A stretch of 64,000 bases of DNA from Nanobdellota archaeon (lineage in GTDB: Archaea > Nanobdellota > Nanobdellia > Pacearchaeales > GW2011-AR1), in NCBI GenBank assembly GCA_018830525.1, contig JAHJSH010000029.1:105697-169696 (forward strand), in the 5' to 3' direction. The notes under the pieces were generated by a model. That model saw only the letters and a program-made list of their open reading frames with translations. It searched no databases and was not told where the DNA came from. A program made the position numbers and the translations under genes. Of this stretch, positions 10,973-19,781 are shown piece after piece (within the stretch, counting starts at the first letter, position 1; every line of letters starts with the position of its first letter).

Positions 10973-11651
10973 AAAACTCTTCTGCTTCTGCAAGGTTCTC
11001 TAGATTTCCTATGTCAAAAAGATATCCTTTGTGTTCTATGCAGAAAACTTTTCCCTCTTCGGCTAAATTAGGTAAAATATCTTTTCCAAAATCACTAAAC
11101 CCTTGGGGGATCTTTTTTAAAATAGAAGGTTCTAAAATATAAACCCCTGAATTAATTAATCCCCTAGGAATTTCTCTTTCTGGTTTCTCTATAAAACTAA
11201 TTACCTTGTTATTTTTTGCAATCACAACCCCCTTCCCCTTTTGGCTTCTTAATTTGTCTAAAATAATGGTTGCTTCAGCATTATTTTTTTTATGAATTAA
11301 CAATGCTTCTTTTAGATTAATGTTAGAAATAGCATCTCCATAAATAACTATAAATGTCTCGGTCAATTCATTTTTAAAATTATTAAGGGCTCCAGAGGTT
11401 CCTAAAATTTTTGGCTCATAAGAGTATTTGATCTGTACGCCAAACATTGAACCATCTCCAAAATATTCTTTTATTCTTTCTGGCAAATAGTGTGTATTAA
11501 TTAAAAATTCATTTATCCCTTGTTCTTTTAGATTTTCAATATTGTATTGAAGACAAGGTTTATTGTTCACAGGAACTAGAACTTTCGGAAGGTTATTGGT
11601 GAGAGGTCTTAGACGCTCTCCGAATCCTGCTGAAAGTAATACTGCCTTCAT
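10956..11651 (-). CDS. hddC: Sugar-phosphate nucleotidyltransferase (heptose 1-phosphate guanylyltransferase-like)
   Basis: MKAVLLSAGFGERLRPLT nucleotidyltransferase signature. Confidence 0.75.
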   Translation of the reverse strand: MKAVLLSAGFGERLRPLTNNLPKVLVPVNNKPCLQYNIENLKEQGINEFLINTHYLPERIKEYFGDGSMFGVQIKYSYEPKILGTSGALNNFKNELTETFIVIYGDAISNINLKEALLIHKKNNAEATIILDKLRSQKGKGVVIAKNNKVISFIEKPEREIPRGLINSGVYILEPSILKKIPQGFSDFGKDILPNLAEEGKVFCIEHKGYLFDIGNLENLAEAEEFFKNQK

Positions 11652-11701
11652 GAAATTATTGCACCAATTAACTTTAAAAAGATTGTCTATAGGTTAATAT
11701 T

Positions 11702-12679
11702 ATGATAATTAGCAAGACTCCACTAAGAATAAGTTTTTTTGGGGGGGGAACAGATATCCCTGCGTTTTCGGATAAGGAATTCGGATGTGTTTTGAGTACT
11801 TCAATTGACAAATATATTTATTTGGTGATGCATAAGGCTTTTGGGGAGAATAATGTACTTGCCTATTCTAAAAGGGAGGACGTAAAAGACGTGGAGGACA
11901 TAAAACATACTAGAATTAGGGAAATTATGAAAAAAACGGGAGTTACCAGCCAGATAGAGATTCATTCTCTTGCGGAAGTTCCTGCTGGAACTGGTTTGGG
12001 GTCTAGTAGCTCATTTAGTGTGGGACTTCTTAATCTATTATATAACTCTAAGGGAGAGTATGTTTCAAAAGATGTGTTGGCTAGAGAGGCGTGTGAAATA
12101 GAAATTGGTGTGCTGAAAGAGCCAATTGGAAAACAGGACCAATATGCTGCAGCAATGGGGGGAGTGAATTTCATCAAGTTTAACCCGGATGGTTCTGTTG
12201 AAGTTGAACCCATAAGAGCTAGAGAAGATACTTTGAAAAAGATTAATGACCGGCTGGTTATATTTTATCTTGATAAGACGAGGGATGCTTCAGAAATTTT
12301 GCATGAACAAGGTTCTAATCTCCAGGGAGATAATGAGAAGAGGGGAATATTAGGAGAGATGAAAAAAATTACTATCCAAATGAAAGATGATTTGAATAAT
12401 GATAATATTGAAAATTTTGGGAAAATGTTGCATCAAAGTTGGATTCTTAAAAAGAAGTTGGCTAGTAGGATTTCTGATTCAGAAATTGATAGTATCTATG
12501 AAAGAGGATTAAAGGCCGGAGCTACAGGGGGGAAAGTTCTTGGTGCCGGGGGCGGGGGATTTATTTTATTTTATTGTGAACCTGATAAGCAAGATTTATT
12601 AAAAGAAGAACTGAAAGAGCTAAGAAAATTTGATGTTCAATTTGAAAAAGAGGGGACCAAGATAATATACTCTCAGTAG
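11702..12679 (+). CDS. hddA: GHMP kinase, D-glycero-D-manno-heptose 7-phosphate kinase-like
   Basis: PLRISFFGGGTD N-terminus and GHMP motif PAGTGLGSSSSFSVGLL. Confidence 0.7.
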   Translation: MIISKTPLRISFFGGGTDIPAFSDKEFGCVLSTSIDKYIYLVMHKAFGENNVLAYSKREDVKDVEDIKHTRIREIMKKTGVTSQIEIHSLAEVPAGTGLGSSSSFSVGLLNLLYNSKGEYVSKDVLAREACEIEIGVLKEPIGKQDQYAAAMGGVNFIKFNPDGSVEVEPIRAREDTLKKINDRLVIFYLDKTRDASEILHEQGSNLQGDNEKRGILGEMKKITIQMKDDLNNDNIENFGKMLHQSWILKKKLASRISDSEIDSIYERGLKAGATGGKVLGAGGGGFILFYCEPDKQDLLKEELKELRKFDVQFEKEGTKIIYSQ

Positions 12680-12715
12680 GGAAATTTATTTAAACTGTTT
12701 ATATCCTTAAATATT

Positions 12716-13297
12716 ATGGAAAATGATTTAATAAAAAAGTATTTTGAGGAAGTAAAAAATTCTTTTGAGGGGATGGATATTGAAAGGATTAAAATTCTTG
12801 CAGATAAAATAAAAGAAGTAAAGGCTAGGGAGGATACGGTTTTTATTATTGGAAATGGGGGTAGTGCTTCAACTGCATCCCATATGGCATGTGACTTAAT
12901 GAAAAATAGTATAGAGGATTATAATTCTTCAGAAGATAGATTGAGGGCAATTTCATTAACTGATAATCTTGCGACAATTTCTGCTTATGGCAATGATCTT
13001 TCTTATGATGAAATTTTTTCTCAGCAATTAAAGAGTCTTATGAATGATAAGGACTTATTGATAGTAATCAGTGGATCGGGAAATTCAAAAAATATTGTGA
13101 AGGCTGTTGAAATATCTAAGCAAATAGGGGCTTATGTTTTTGGCTTACTTGGATCTAATGGAGGAATTGTTGCCCCCCTATGCGATGATTCTATTATTGT
13201 TCCCTCTAAAAATTATGGTGTCATTGAAGATTTACATATGATGATTGGGCATCTACTGGCTGCTGAATTGAAAGGTGAAAACAATTTGATTTCTTAG
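12716..13297 (+). CDS. gmhA: Phosphoheptose isomerase (SIS domain)
   Basis: IIGNGGSASTASHMACDL SIS motif; size of about 190 aa. Confidence 0.8.
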   Translation: MENDLIKKYFEEVKNSFEGMDIERIKILADKIKEVKAREDTVFIIGNGGSASTASHMACDLMKNSIEDYNSSEDRLRAISLTDNLATISAYGNDLSYDEIFSQQLKSLMNDKDLLIVISGSGNSKNIVKAVEISKQIGAYVFGLLGSNGGIVAPLCDDSIIVPSKNYGVIEDLHMMIGHLLAAELKGENNLIS

Positions 13298-13311
13298 AAA
13301 ATTTTAAATTC

Positions 13312-14826
13312 TTATTTATCTATGAGATTTCTAAGTTCTTCCAAGTCTATTCCTTTTATTAGAAAAATTATAAGAAGATAAAGTATTCCTGCACTCAAAA
13401 TCATAAATACTCCCATTAGAATATTTAAAGAAAATAACTTTGTAAATAAGAAAAGATATCCTAACATAATTAGGCTTGCGATTAATGGTTTTATTACAGA
13501 GGATATGTTTGGAGAGATACCTAGTCTTCTCTTTGAAAGTACTACTAAAGTAACTAAACCTCCAAAACGGGTGATAAAAGTTGCAAGCGCAGCACCTACG
13601 AGCCCGAGGGCTAAATCTATTTTTATCAAATAGGTTATGAAGATTATGTTTAATATTATGTTTGCGATAGAAGTGGTTATATTTATGTACGCGGGAACAT
13701 GGGGCTTTTCCTTTGCGTCAAAGAGGAGTTTATAGAATCCGGAGAAAATACTTTCTAAGATAAGGAGACTCAGTAATGTAGAGGTAATTGCTAAGGCGAA
13801 CTCGTACTGGGGAGGAACATAACTTACCCCGTAAAGTATTTTTAACATTGGAAGGATTACGAAAGCTAATCCTATTGATACGGGGAAAGTTACTAAAGCA
13901 ATATAATGAAAAGATTTTTTGAAAGCATTTTTGAGCCTATTTCCTTCGAGTTGTATAAAAATTGGAAAAAATACTGCACTAATCCCAATTATCCCCATTA
14001 CTCCGCTGACCACAGTCATAATTGCTGCGTAGAATCCAATAAATTCTGCTTCAAGGTAAAACCCTAAAACTATTTTATCTATGTTGGTGAATATAAGAAT
14101 CCCTAGTGCACTTAGAGCAATGATACTTGAAAATTTAAGCATACGTCTTCTTTCAACAGGTTCTGTTTTTCCACTAACCAGGAAAGGATATTTCTTAACT
14201 AGAACTCCTGCTGCAAAGATTATTGCTACAACAGCGGATAATACCATAAAAAGGAAAATTGATTGAACATTGGAGGGGAGTTTTAGAAGGAAAAAGAAGA
14301 ACATAATTAATCCTATTCGCGATAATTGAAAAATTAATTCAGACATCGCAGAATATTTTAGTTTTTGAACGGATAAAAAAATCGGGTTGATAATACCATA
14401 AAGCGAGTTAACAAGGAGATAAAAGCTCCCGATTTTTAGTGGAATTATTAAATCGGGTTTTTTAAATAATGTAGCAATAATGCCTGCGCTAAGAAACAAG
14501 CCTGCGGAGAAGATAATCGCTATTGCGAACTTTAGTTTAAGTAAAAACCAAAATCTTGATCTTGCCTGTTTTTTCTTTTTATGTCCAATACTTTCGGCGA
14601 GAAATAAAATTATTGATCCCCCGAATCCCATATCTGAAATGGTTATTAAAATAATTATAATTGTTAGGGCAAGAGAGTAGATACCGAACATTTTTGGAAA
14701 AAGAATTCGTGCAACAATAATTGTAAATATTAATGAACCAATCTTAGAAACCATCCCAGAAAATCCCTGAAATAAAATATTTTCTATAATTTTTGTGGCG
14801 GTCTTTTTATTTTTTGGTTTATTCAT
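13312..14826 (-). CDS. Polysaccharide flippase (Wzx/PST family)
   Basis: 504 aa with about 12-14 predicted TM helices, located in a glycan cluster. Confidence 0.75.
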   Translation of the reverse strand: MNKPKNKKTATKIIENILFQGFSGMVSKIGSLIFTIIVARILFPKMFGIYSLALTIIIILITISDMGFGGSIILFLAESIGHKKKKQARSRFWFLLKLKFAIAIIFSAGLFLSAGIIATLFKKPDLIIPLKIGSFYLLVNSLYGIINPIFLSVQKLKYSAMSELIFQLSRIGLIMFFFFLLKLPSNVQSIFLFMVLSAVVAIIFAAGVLVKKYPFLVSGKTEPVERRRMLKFSSIIALSALGILIFTNIDKIVLGFYLEAEFIGFYAAIMTVVSGVMGIIGISAVFFPIFIQLEGNRLKNAFKKSFHYIALVTFPVSIGLAFVILPMLKILYGVSYVPPQYEFALAITSTLLSLLILESIFSGFYKLLFDAKEKPHVPAYINITTSIANIILNIIFITYLIKIDLALGLVGAALATFITRFGGLVTLVVLSKRRLGISPNISSVIKPLIASLIMLGYLFLFTKLFSLNILMGVFMILSAGILYLLIIFLIKGIDLEELRNLIDK

Positions 14827-15284
14827 AACTCTCTTAACCCTTTCTTGTTTTTATTCCTTTTCATAACATAAACCGGAAAAATTTTGTTATATAATGGTTC
14901 TCCTCTTAAATAAAGGTCTATTAAATCTGCCACCATATGGACTCCGACCCCGATTAAAACCCAAAGGAAAAATTGATAGAGAAAAGAAAGTGCTACAAGA
15001 ATCATCCAAAATAATAATCCATGACAAATAAAAACTCCTCTTTTGAATTTTTCTCTTTCTTTTAAAGGTAATTTAAACCAAGCGGGAATTGATGTTAGAT
15101 ACCACTTTATTCCGTGAAGGGGATTCCAGTCTTTCATCTCCAAAGCATACCAAAAATAATGGTCTCCGTCAATCATCCAAGAAGATAGAAAGATTATCAA
15201 ACCTGCGAATATCGAGAAATCAAAAAAGTAAACAAGGATATAGGAGACTACAAATCCAAATAGGAAATGCCATTTGAATTCCAC
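14823..15284 (-). CDS. Membrane protein (YdjM/DUF457-like metal-dependent hydrolase?)
   Basis: Hydrophobic with conserved His/Asp residues; overlaps the previous gene by 4 nt. Confidence 0.3.
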   Translation of the reverse strand: MEFKWHFLFGFVVSYILVYFFDFSIFAGLIIFLSSWMIDGDHYFWYALEMKDWNPLHGIKWYLTSIPAWFKLPLKEREKFKRGVFICHGLLFWMILVALSFLYQFFLWVLIGVGVHMVADLIDLYLRGEPLYNKIFPVYVMKRNKNKKGLREL

Positions 15285-15333
15285 TTTAGTCTATCTCACG
15301 ATTAGAAATTGTTAATTTTTTATTTGTCAACAT

Positions 15334-16908
15334 CTAATCGTTCGCCTCCAACTGTCGTGCAATGTCTGCGAAAGCTGGTCGCGAGATTAAAACACCGGTT
15401 GTAATACCAATAATCGTTGTTATCGCGAAACCTGTTAGAAGTCCTCCTGAAGCCGCCCCGATGCCCATGAATCCAAGTACTCCTGTTAATGGAAGAAGTG
15501 CAACAGTTGTTGTTGCGAAGGCAGTAGCGATGATAAACAATGCCTTTTTGATTCTTTGTGCAATAGATTCTCTTTTATCTCGCGATTCATCTAAGATAAT
15601 TAACTGTGAATCTATACCTGTACCTATTGCGGCTATGATCCCGGCGATGGAAGGCAAATCTAGATTCCATCCAATTAGTGCAGCAACACCTAAGATAATT
15701 AGAACTTCTGAAAGAGAAACAGTAACTAACGCAAAAGAAACTTTAATCTTTCGGTATCTTATGAAAACCAAAAGGGAAACTGCGATAATCGCGAACAATC
15801 CTGCAATTAAAATTTGTTTAGTGAAAGTTTCCCCTAACGTCGGAGATATTTTGTCGATTTTTACTATTTCTAACTTGAATGGCAGAGATCCTGTTATTAG
15901 GATGGTCTGAAGTTTTTTCATTTCTGCTTCTGCGTCGTCAAGTGCTTCTTTTCTTGAAGGCCCGCTACCTGAACCAGAAATTAAAATCTGTGTTGCGATA
16001 TTTCCTTTTAGGTCTGCGCCGATGTTTAGGGAAGAGGTTAAAATTCCGTCAATATAGAAATCTAACTGTTTGCTTAGATAAGATCCATTGATAGATAAAT
16101 TGTCGGTGATGTCTGCGTGTCTTTGTGCTGCATCTCCGCTTAACGAGATTACAAATTGGAAGTTACAATATTCTCCGGAGCCATCACTTGAAGGATTACA
16201 TTCAGAGATATATGCATCTCTTCCAGTTCTTCCAACATGAGTAATGTCCTTCTCCCCCCCAATAAAGACTGTGTCGTTTCCGATCTTTGCTTCGAATTTT
16301 CCTTGCTCTTCGATTAATTTTTCTAAATCCTTCGGAGAAGATCCGGCTATTTCTATTCTCATGAGATTATCTCCTCGGGAATCTACTATCTTGAAGAATT
16401 TTACATCGGATAATCCGTAGACGTTTAGTCTCTGTTCGGAAACTGCAATAAGATCATTTAGCTGAGCGCTTGTCAATGGAACATCTGCTTTTACAAATGC
16501 TCTTGCCCCCCCTCGAAGATCAAGGCCTGTTTTTATCCTCGTCGAAGGAATTTCTTCTACAGAAATATCTTTAATTATTTCTCGTGTAAAAAGGTTGATG
16601 ATCTCAATGTCTTTTGTTTTTATAGTCAGTTTCTGTGTTTCATTTTCTTCTAAGTATGCCATCGGTTCCATGGCATTTGAGTAATCTTCTAAGGAATTAA
16701 TTATTTGTCCATTTATTTCCTGGATGACCATCCCGGTACGGAGCCCATTGTTGAATATTGACGAATTTGTTTCTACTGCGGAAACCGTAACCCCCTTCTC
16801 GAAAATCATTGGGGGAATTGAAAATATCGAGATGAGAGATAGTGCCACTGCAGCGAAAAGTATCCACATTCTAAAAGTTATTTTCATTGTTTTGTCTCCT
16901 CCTCGCAA
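15334..16908 (-). CDS. secD: Protein-export membrane protein SecD
   Basis: Large periplasmic domain plus C-terminal 6-TM SecD region; adjacent to secF. Confidence 0.85.
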   Translation of the reverse strand: MRGGDKTMKITFRMWILFAAVALSLISIFSIPPMIFEKGVTVSAVETNSSIFNNGLRTGMVIQEINGQIINSLEDYSNAMEPMAYLEENETQKLTIKTKDIEIINLFTREIIKDISVEEIPSTRIKTGLDLRGGARAFVKADVPLTSAQLNDLIAVSEQRLNVYGLSDVKFFKIVDSRGDNLMRIEIAGSSPKDLEKLIEEQGKFEAKIGNDTVFIGGEKDITHVGRTGRDAYISECNPSSDGSGEYCNFQFVISLSGDAAQRHADITDNLSINGSYLSKQLDFYIDGILTSSLNIGADLKGNIATQILISGSGSGPSRKEALDDAEAEMKKLQTILITGSLPFKLEIVKIDKISPTLGETFTKQILIAGLFAIIAVSLLVFIRYRKIKVSFALVTVSLSEVLIILGVAALIGWNLDLPSIAGIIAAIGTGIDSQLIILDESRDKRESIAQRIKKALFIIATAFATTTVALLPLTGVLGFMGIGAASGGLLTGFAITTIIGITTGVLISRPAFADIARQLEAND

Positions 16909-16944
16909 TTTGCATTCGTGTATTTTATTTTTTTGTTTTCCATT

Positions 16945-17970
16945 TTATTTTGTCGAAAGCGAATCGCTCGCATACCACTTAATTATTGATGCGTTGGTGA
17001 CCCATGTGTTGAAAAGATCAAAGCCTAGACCTATTAGTAATATGACAAATATTTGGTTTAGAACTGAGCCAAATGGATAGACGACGATTAGTGCTGCGGT
17101 GATTGCGATGATAGAAGTTAAGGTCATTGTTGTTCCAGTCTTGAAAGCTCCGAATAATTCTTGGTTTATTCCCCCGTGTTTTCTGTTAAGGATTCTAGAA
17201 GTTAGAAGGATATCTGTGTCTACCGAATAACCGATAAGCATAAGGAACGCGACGATTCCAGCGGTTGAAAGTTTGATTCCGAGAAGATTGACGACTGCAA
17301 GAGTCATCACGATGTCGGCGAAAGCAGAAAGCATAACTGCAAATGAGGGGACTGAGTTTTTGATATAGATTCTGATTAAAATGGCTGCGAATGCTAAAAA
17401 GATAATTCCTGCGAGGACCGGGTTGATTGTTAAGAAAAAGTTACCCATAAAGAATCCTAATAATACATTAAAGATTATTGTCCATGTTTTTACTTTCTTA
17501 CCTTTTGCAAAGATGAGGAAAACGACTGCCGCCATCCAGAAGAAAGCTAAAAGGACTGCGATAATAAGTTGTTTGTAAAAGTCTGCTGAGAGTGCTGCGC
17601 TTGTAGATTCTTCTGAAGAATTTTCTGATGTGAGTTCTTCTCCTAAAAATTCTTCTAATGCGACTTTAAGTGCTTCTGTTTGTTCTTCTCCAATTGTAAT
17701 TACAAGCTGTAATTGGTTTCCGGCATTATTGGAAATTGTTTGAACATTAAAATCGGTTAAGGTCTTTGATAACGCGGATTCTACGTCTACGGAGGAAATG
17801 TCTGTGAAAATTGAGATTGTGGTTCCGCCAGTCAATGAAACGTCTTTGTTAATGATGTCTCCAGTCTGTATATAGAATATCCCTATATATATTAGGGATA
17901 AAGCCAGGAGAACTGCTGGAATGATTAGAAGTTTCTTGTAATTCTCGTTGTACCACGGTTCGAAATTCAT
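16945..17970 (-). CDS. secF: Protein-export membrane protein SecF
   Basis: SecF-like TM topology and conserved C-terminal region. Confidence 0.85.
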   Translation of the reverse strand: MNFEPWYNENYKKLLIIPAVLLALSLIYIGIFYIQTGDIINKDVSLTGGTTISIFTDISSVDVESALSKTLTDFNVQTISNNAGNQLQLVITIGEEQTEALKVALEEFLGEELTSENSSEESTSAALSADFYKQLIIAVLLAFFWMAAVVFLIFAKGKKVKTWTIIFNVLLGFFMGNFFLTINPVLAGIIFLAFAAILIRIYIKNSVPSFAVMLSAFADIVMTLAVVNLLGIKLSTAGIVAFLMLIGYSVDTDILLTSRILNRKHGGINQELFGAFKTGTTMTLTSIIAITAALIVVYPFGSVLNQIFVILLIGLGFDLFNTWVTNASIIKWYASDSLSTK

Positions 17971-18061
17971 ATTATAGTTAGAGAAATTGGTATTTTAAAG
18001 TTAATTGTTATTAGATAGAGGGTTTACAAACTTTAATAAAGGTTGTTAACCTTATTTTTTT

Positions 18062-18394
18062 ATGCCTTATAAAGATCCTGAAAAGAAAAGAGAATGTAGG
18101 AGGAAATGGTATGCAAAGAATAAATCTTCTGAAAAGGCTCATGTTCAAAGGAGGAAGGGGAAGATTAAATTATGGTTTAAAAAATATAAGGCTTTCCTTA
18201 AATGTTCTAAGTGTGAGGAAAACCACCCAGCAACTATAGATTTCCATCATAAAATTGGCAAGAAAGAAAATAATATCTCAAAAATGGTGGCAGATGGATA
18301 TTCTATAGACCGAATAAAAATAGAATTAGAAAAATGTAATGTGCTTTGTGCAAATTGTCATAGAAAAGAACATTTCAAAAACAATAAACTTTAA
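18062..18394 (+). CDS. HNH endonuclease
   Basis: CSKCEE...HH...N...CANCH spacing, as in HNH nucleases; it abuts the tRNA locus. Confidence 0.55.
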   Translation: MPYKDPEKKRECRRKWYAKNKSSEKAHVQRRKGKIKLWFKKYKAFLKCSKCEENHPATIDFHHKIGKKENNISKMVADGYSIDRIKIELEKCNVLCANCHRKEHFKNNKL

Positions 18395-18477
18395 AACCTT
18401 AAATTAGGTGATTAAATCATGCGTGGGTAGTTTAGTTACGCGATTTTTAATCGCTTCAAAAACAACCTTCCCATAAT

Positions 18478-18564
18478 GCGTGGGTAGTTTAGTGGTAGAA
18501 TATTTGGCTTCCAAAATTTTACTGAAGAAACCAAATGACCGGGGTTCGAGTCCCCGCTCGCGCA
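18478..18564 (+). tRNA. tRNA-Gly(UCC) with a 16-nt intron in the anticodon loop
   Basis: The sequence folds into a cloverleaf by hand. The T-arm is CGGGG-UUCGAGU-CCCCG and the anticodon stem is UUUGG/CCAAA. The loop reads CUUCCA followed by a 16-nt insertion, and the intron GAAG pairs with the exon CUUC in the way a bulge-helix-bulge (BHB) splice motif does. Confidence 0.7.
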
Positions 18565-18821
18565 TTTTCCCTTTCCTTGCGGGATCTCTAAAGAATTTTC
18601 GTACAATTAGTCTTCAGGTCTTCGTGAGATAATAAATTGTCAAAGACCTAAAAACTCCCACAGTATTCCCTATTTTCTCTAGATGATTAAACTTAAAAAT
18701 GGGTTTCTAGTGATTAATTTGTGAGGGAATGCCTCCGCTACTCGCGATTTGCATTTGCTTAAGATATAGAATTTGGTTCGCAAAAGCGAATCACTCGGTC
18801 AAACTGTTTGACCAAAAGTAC

Positions 18822-18904
18822 GAGGGAATGCCGGAGCGGTCAAACGGGCCAGACTCAAGATCTGGTAGCTTATGCTTACGGGGGTTCGAATCCTCCTTCC
18901 CTCA
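18822..18904 (+). tRNA. tRNA-Leu(CAA)
   Basis: Anticodon arm CCAGA-CUCAAGA-UCUGG, a long variable arm, a T-arm with UUCGAAU loop and an acceptor GAGGGAA/UUCCCUC. Confidence 0.8.
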
Positions 18905-19050
18905 TAATGAGATTCGAACCCAAGGGTTCGCGCCGATTCTCGGCACAAGGACCTCTTCGAGGATCCTCCTTCCCTCATAATGAGATTCGAACCCAAGGGT
19001 TCGCGCCGATTCTCGGCACAAGGACCTCTTCGAGGATCCTCCTTCCCTCA
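18905..19050 (+). repeat. Two exact tandem copies of a 73-bp unit, each ending in the last 15 nt of tRNA-Leu(CAA)
   Basis: The 73-nt strings at 18905-18977 and 18978-19050 are identical; the unit ends with ATCCTCCTTCCCTCA. Confidence 0.85.
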
Positions 19051-19057
19051 TTATTCT

Positions 19058-19133
19058 GCCCGAGTAGCTCAGTTTGGATTAGAGCGATGCCCTCCTAAGG
19101 CATAGGTCGCAGGTTCAAGTCCTGTCTCGGGCG
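19058..19133 (+). tRNA. tRNA-Arg(CCU)
   Basis: Canonical 76-nt cloverleaf: GCCCGAG acceptor, GCUC-AGUUUGGAUUA-GAGC D-arm, CUCCUAA anticodon loop and a UUCAAGU T-loop. Confidence 0.85.
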
Positions 19134-19272
19134 TTTATTGAACCTGGCAGGTTCACCCGGTAGGTAGCTCTGGTGAGCTCGTCCATTTGACATCCCTCTG
19201 GTGAGCGAAGTCCTGTTCCGGGCGTTTTTCTTGAATCGTTAAGTTTATAAAATGAAAAATTGACTAGAATAT

Positions 19273-19381
19273 TAGACGGCCATAATAACTTGGTTACACC
19301 TGATCCCGTTCCGAACTCAGAAGTTAAGCTTGTTATGTTCGTGTCTGTACTGTCTTTGATGGGAACACACGGAGCTGTCTA
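19273..19381 (+). rRNA. 5S rRNA
   Basis: CACCUGAUCCCGUUCCGAACUCAGAAGUUAAGC matches the universal 5S loop B-C region, and the terminal helix UAGACGGC/GCUGUCUA closes. Confidence 0.75.
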
Positions 19382-19409
19382 TTTATTTTTTAAGAATTAC
19401 TTTACTCGA

Positions 19410-19607
19410 TTAGAACTTCTTGAACTTGTTGATTAATTCTAGTGTGTCTGTCTGGCCTAGAATTTGCGCTCTGCAACAGTATCGCTTGATACCTAATTCG
19501 TCGAGAGCCTTTTTGTTTGATTTTCCAGCTTCCACTAGCGCTTTGTATTTCGGATACAGGTGTGCGATTGGCTTCCCGCAAGAAAAGCACCTAATAGGTA
19601 TTATAAT
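19410..19607 (-). CDS. rpoN: DNA-directed RNA polymerase subunit N (Rpo10), non-AUG start
   Basis: Minus-strand translation gives IIPIRCFSCGKPIAHLYPKY...LDELGIKRYCCRAQ, the conserved RpoN zinc-bundle sequence. There is no in-frame ATG, GTG or TTG. A GGAG lies 8-10 nt upstream of ATT/ATA codons. Confidence 0.7.
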   Translation of the reverse strand: MIIPIRCFSCGKPIAHLYPKYKALVEAGKSNKKALDELGIKRYCCRAQILGQTDTLELINKFKKF

Positions 19608-19781
19608 TTTGTTCTCCTTGTGATTTTTGATCTTTTATTGTATATCTTGGTGGATACCCTTTTTGTATTATAAGATCAAAATCTTTTAGTATCCTTAGAC
19701 TTAAGTAGATTTTGCTCTTTTTTAAATCTTCCGCAATTTGTTTATGACTAAATTTATATAGGATATTCTTCTTAAGACGGT

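Noticed and set aside
18729-19098. ORFs 18729-18980(+), 18799-18996(-), 18808-19098(+) and 30092-30367(+), and the 5' part of 30180-30851
   Set aside because: They run through tRNA genes and exact tandem repeats. The repetitive peptide stretches are artefacts of translating the repeats. Only the L18e part from 30438 is kept.
19390-19625. Possible SRP/7S RNA or other ncRNA between 5S rRNA and the ABC operon
   Set aside because: The segment is not GC-rich or structured enough, and it translates cleanly on the minus strand into RpoN, so it is called as a CDS instead.
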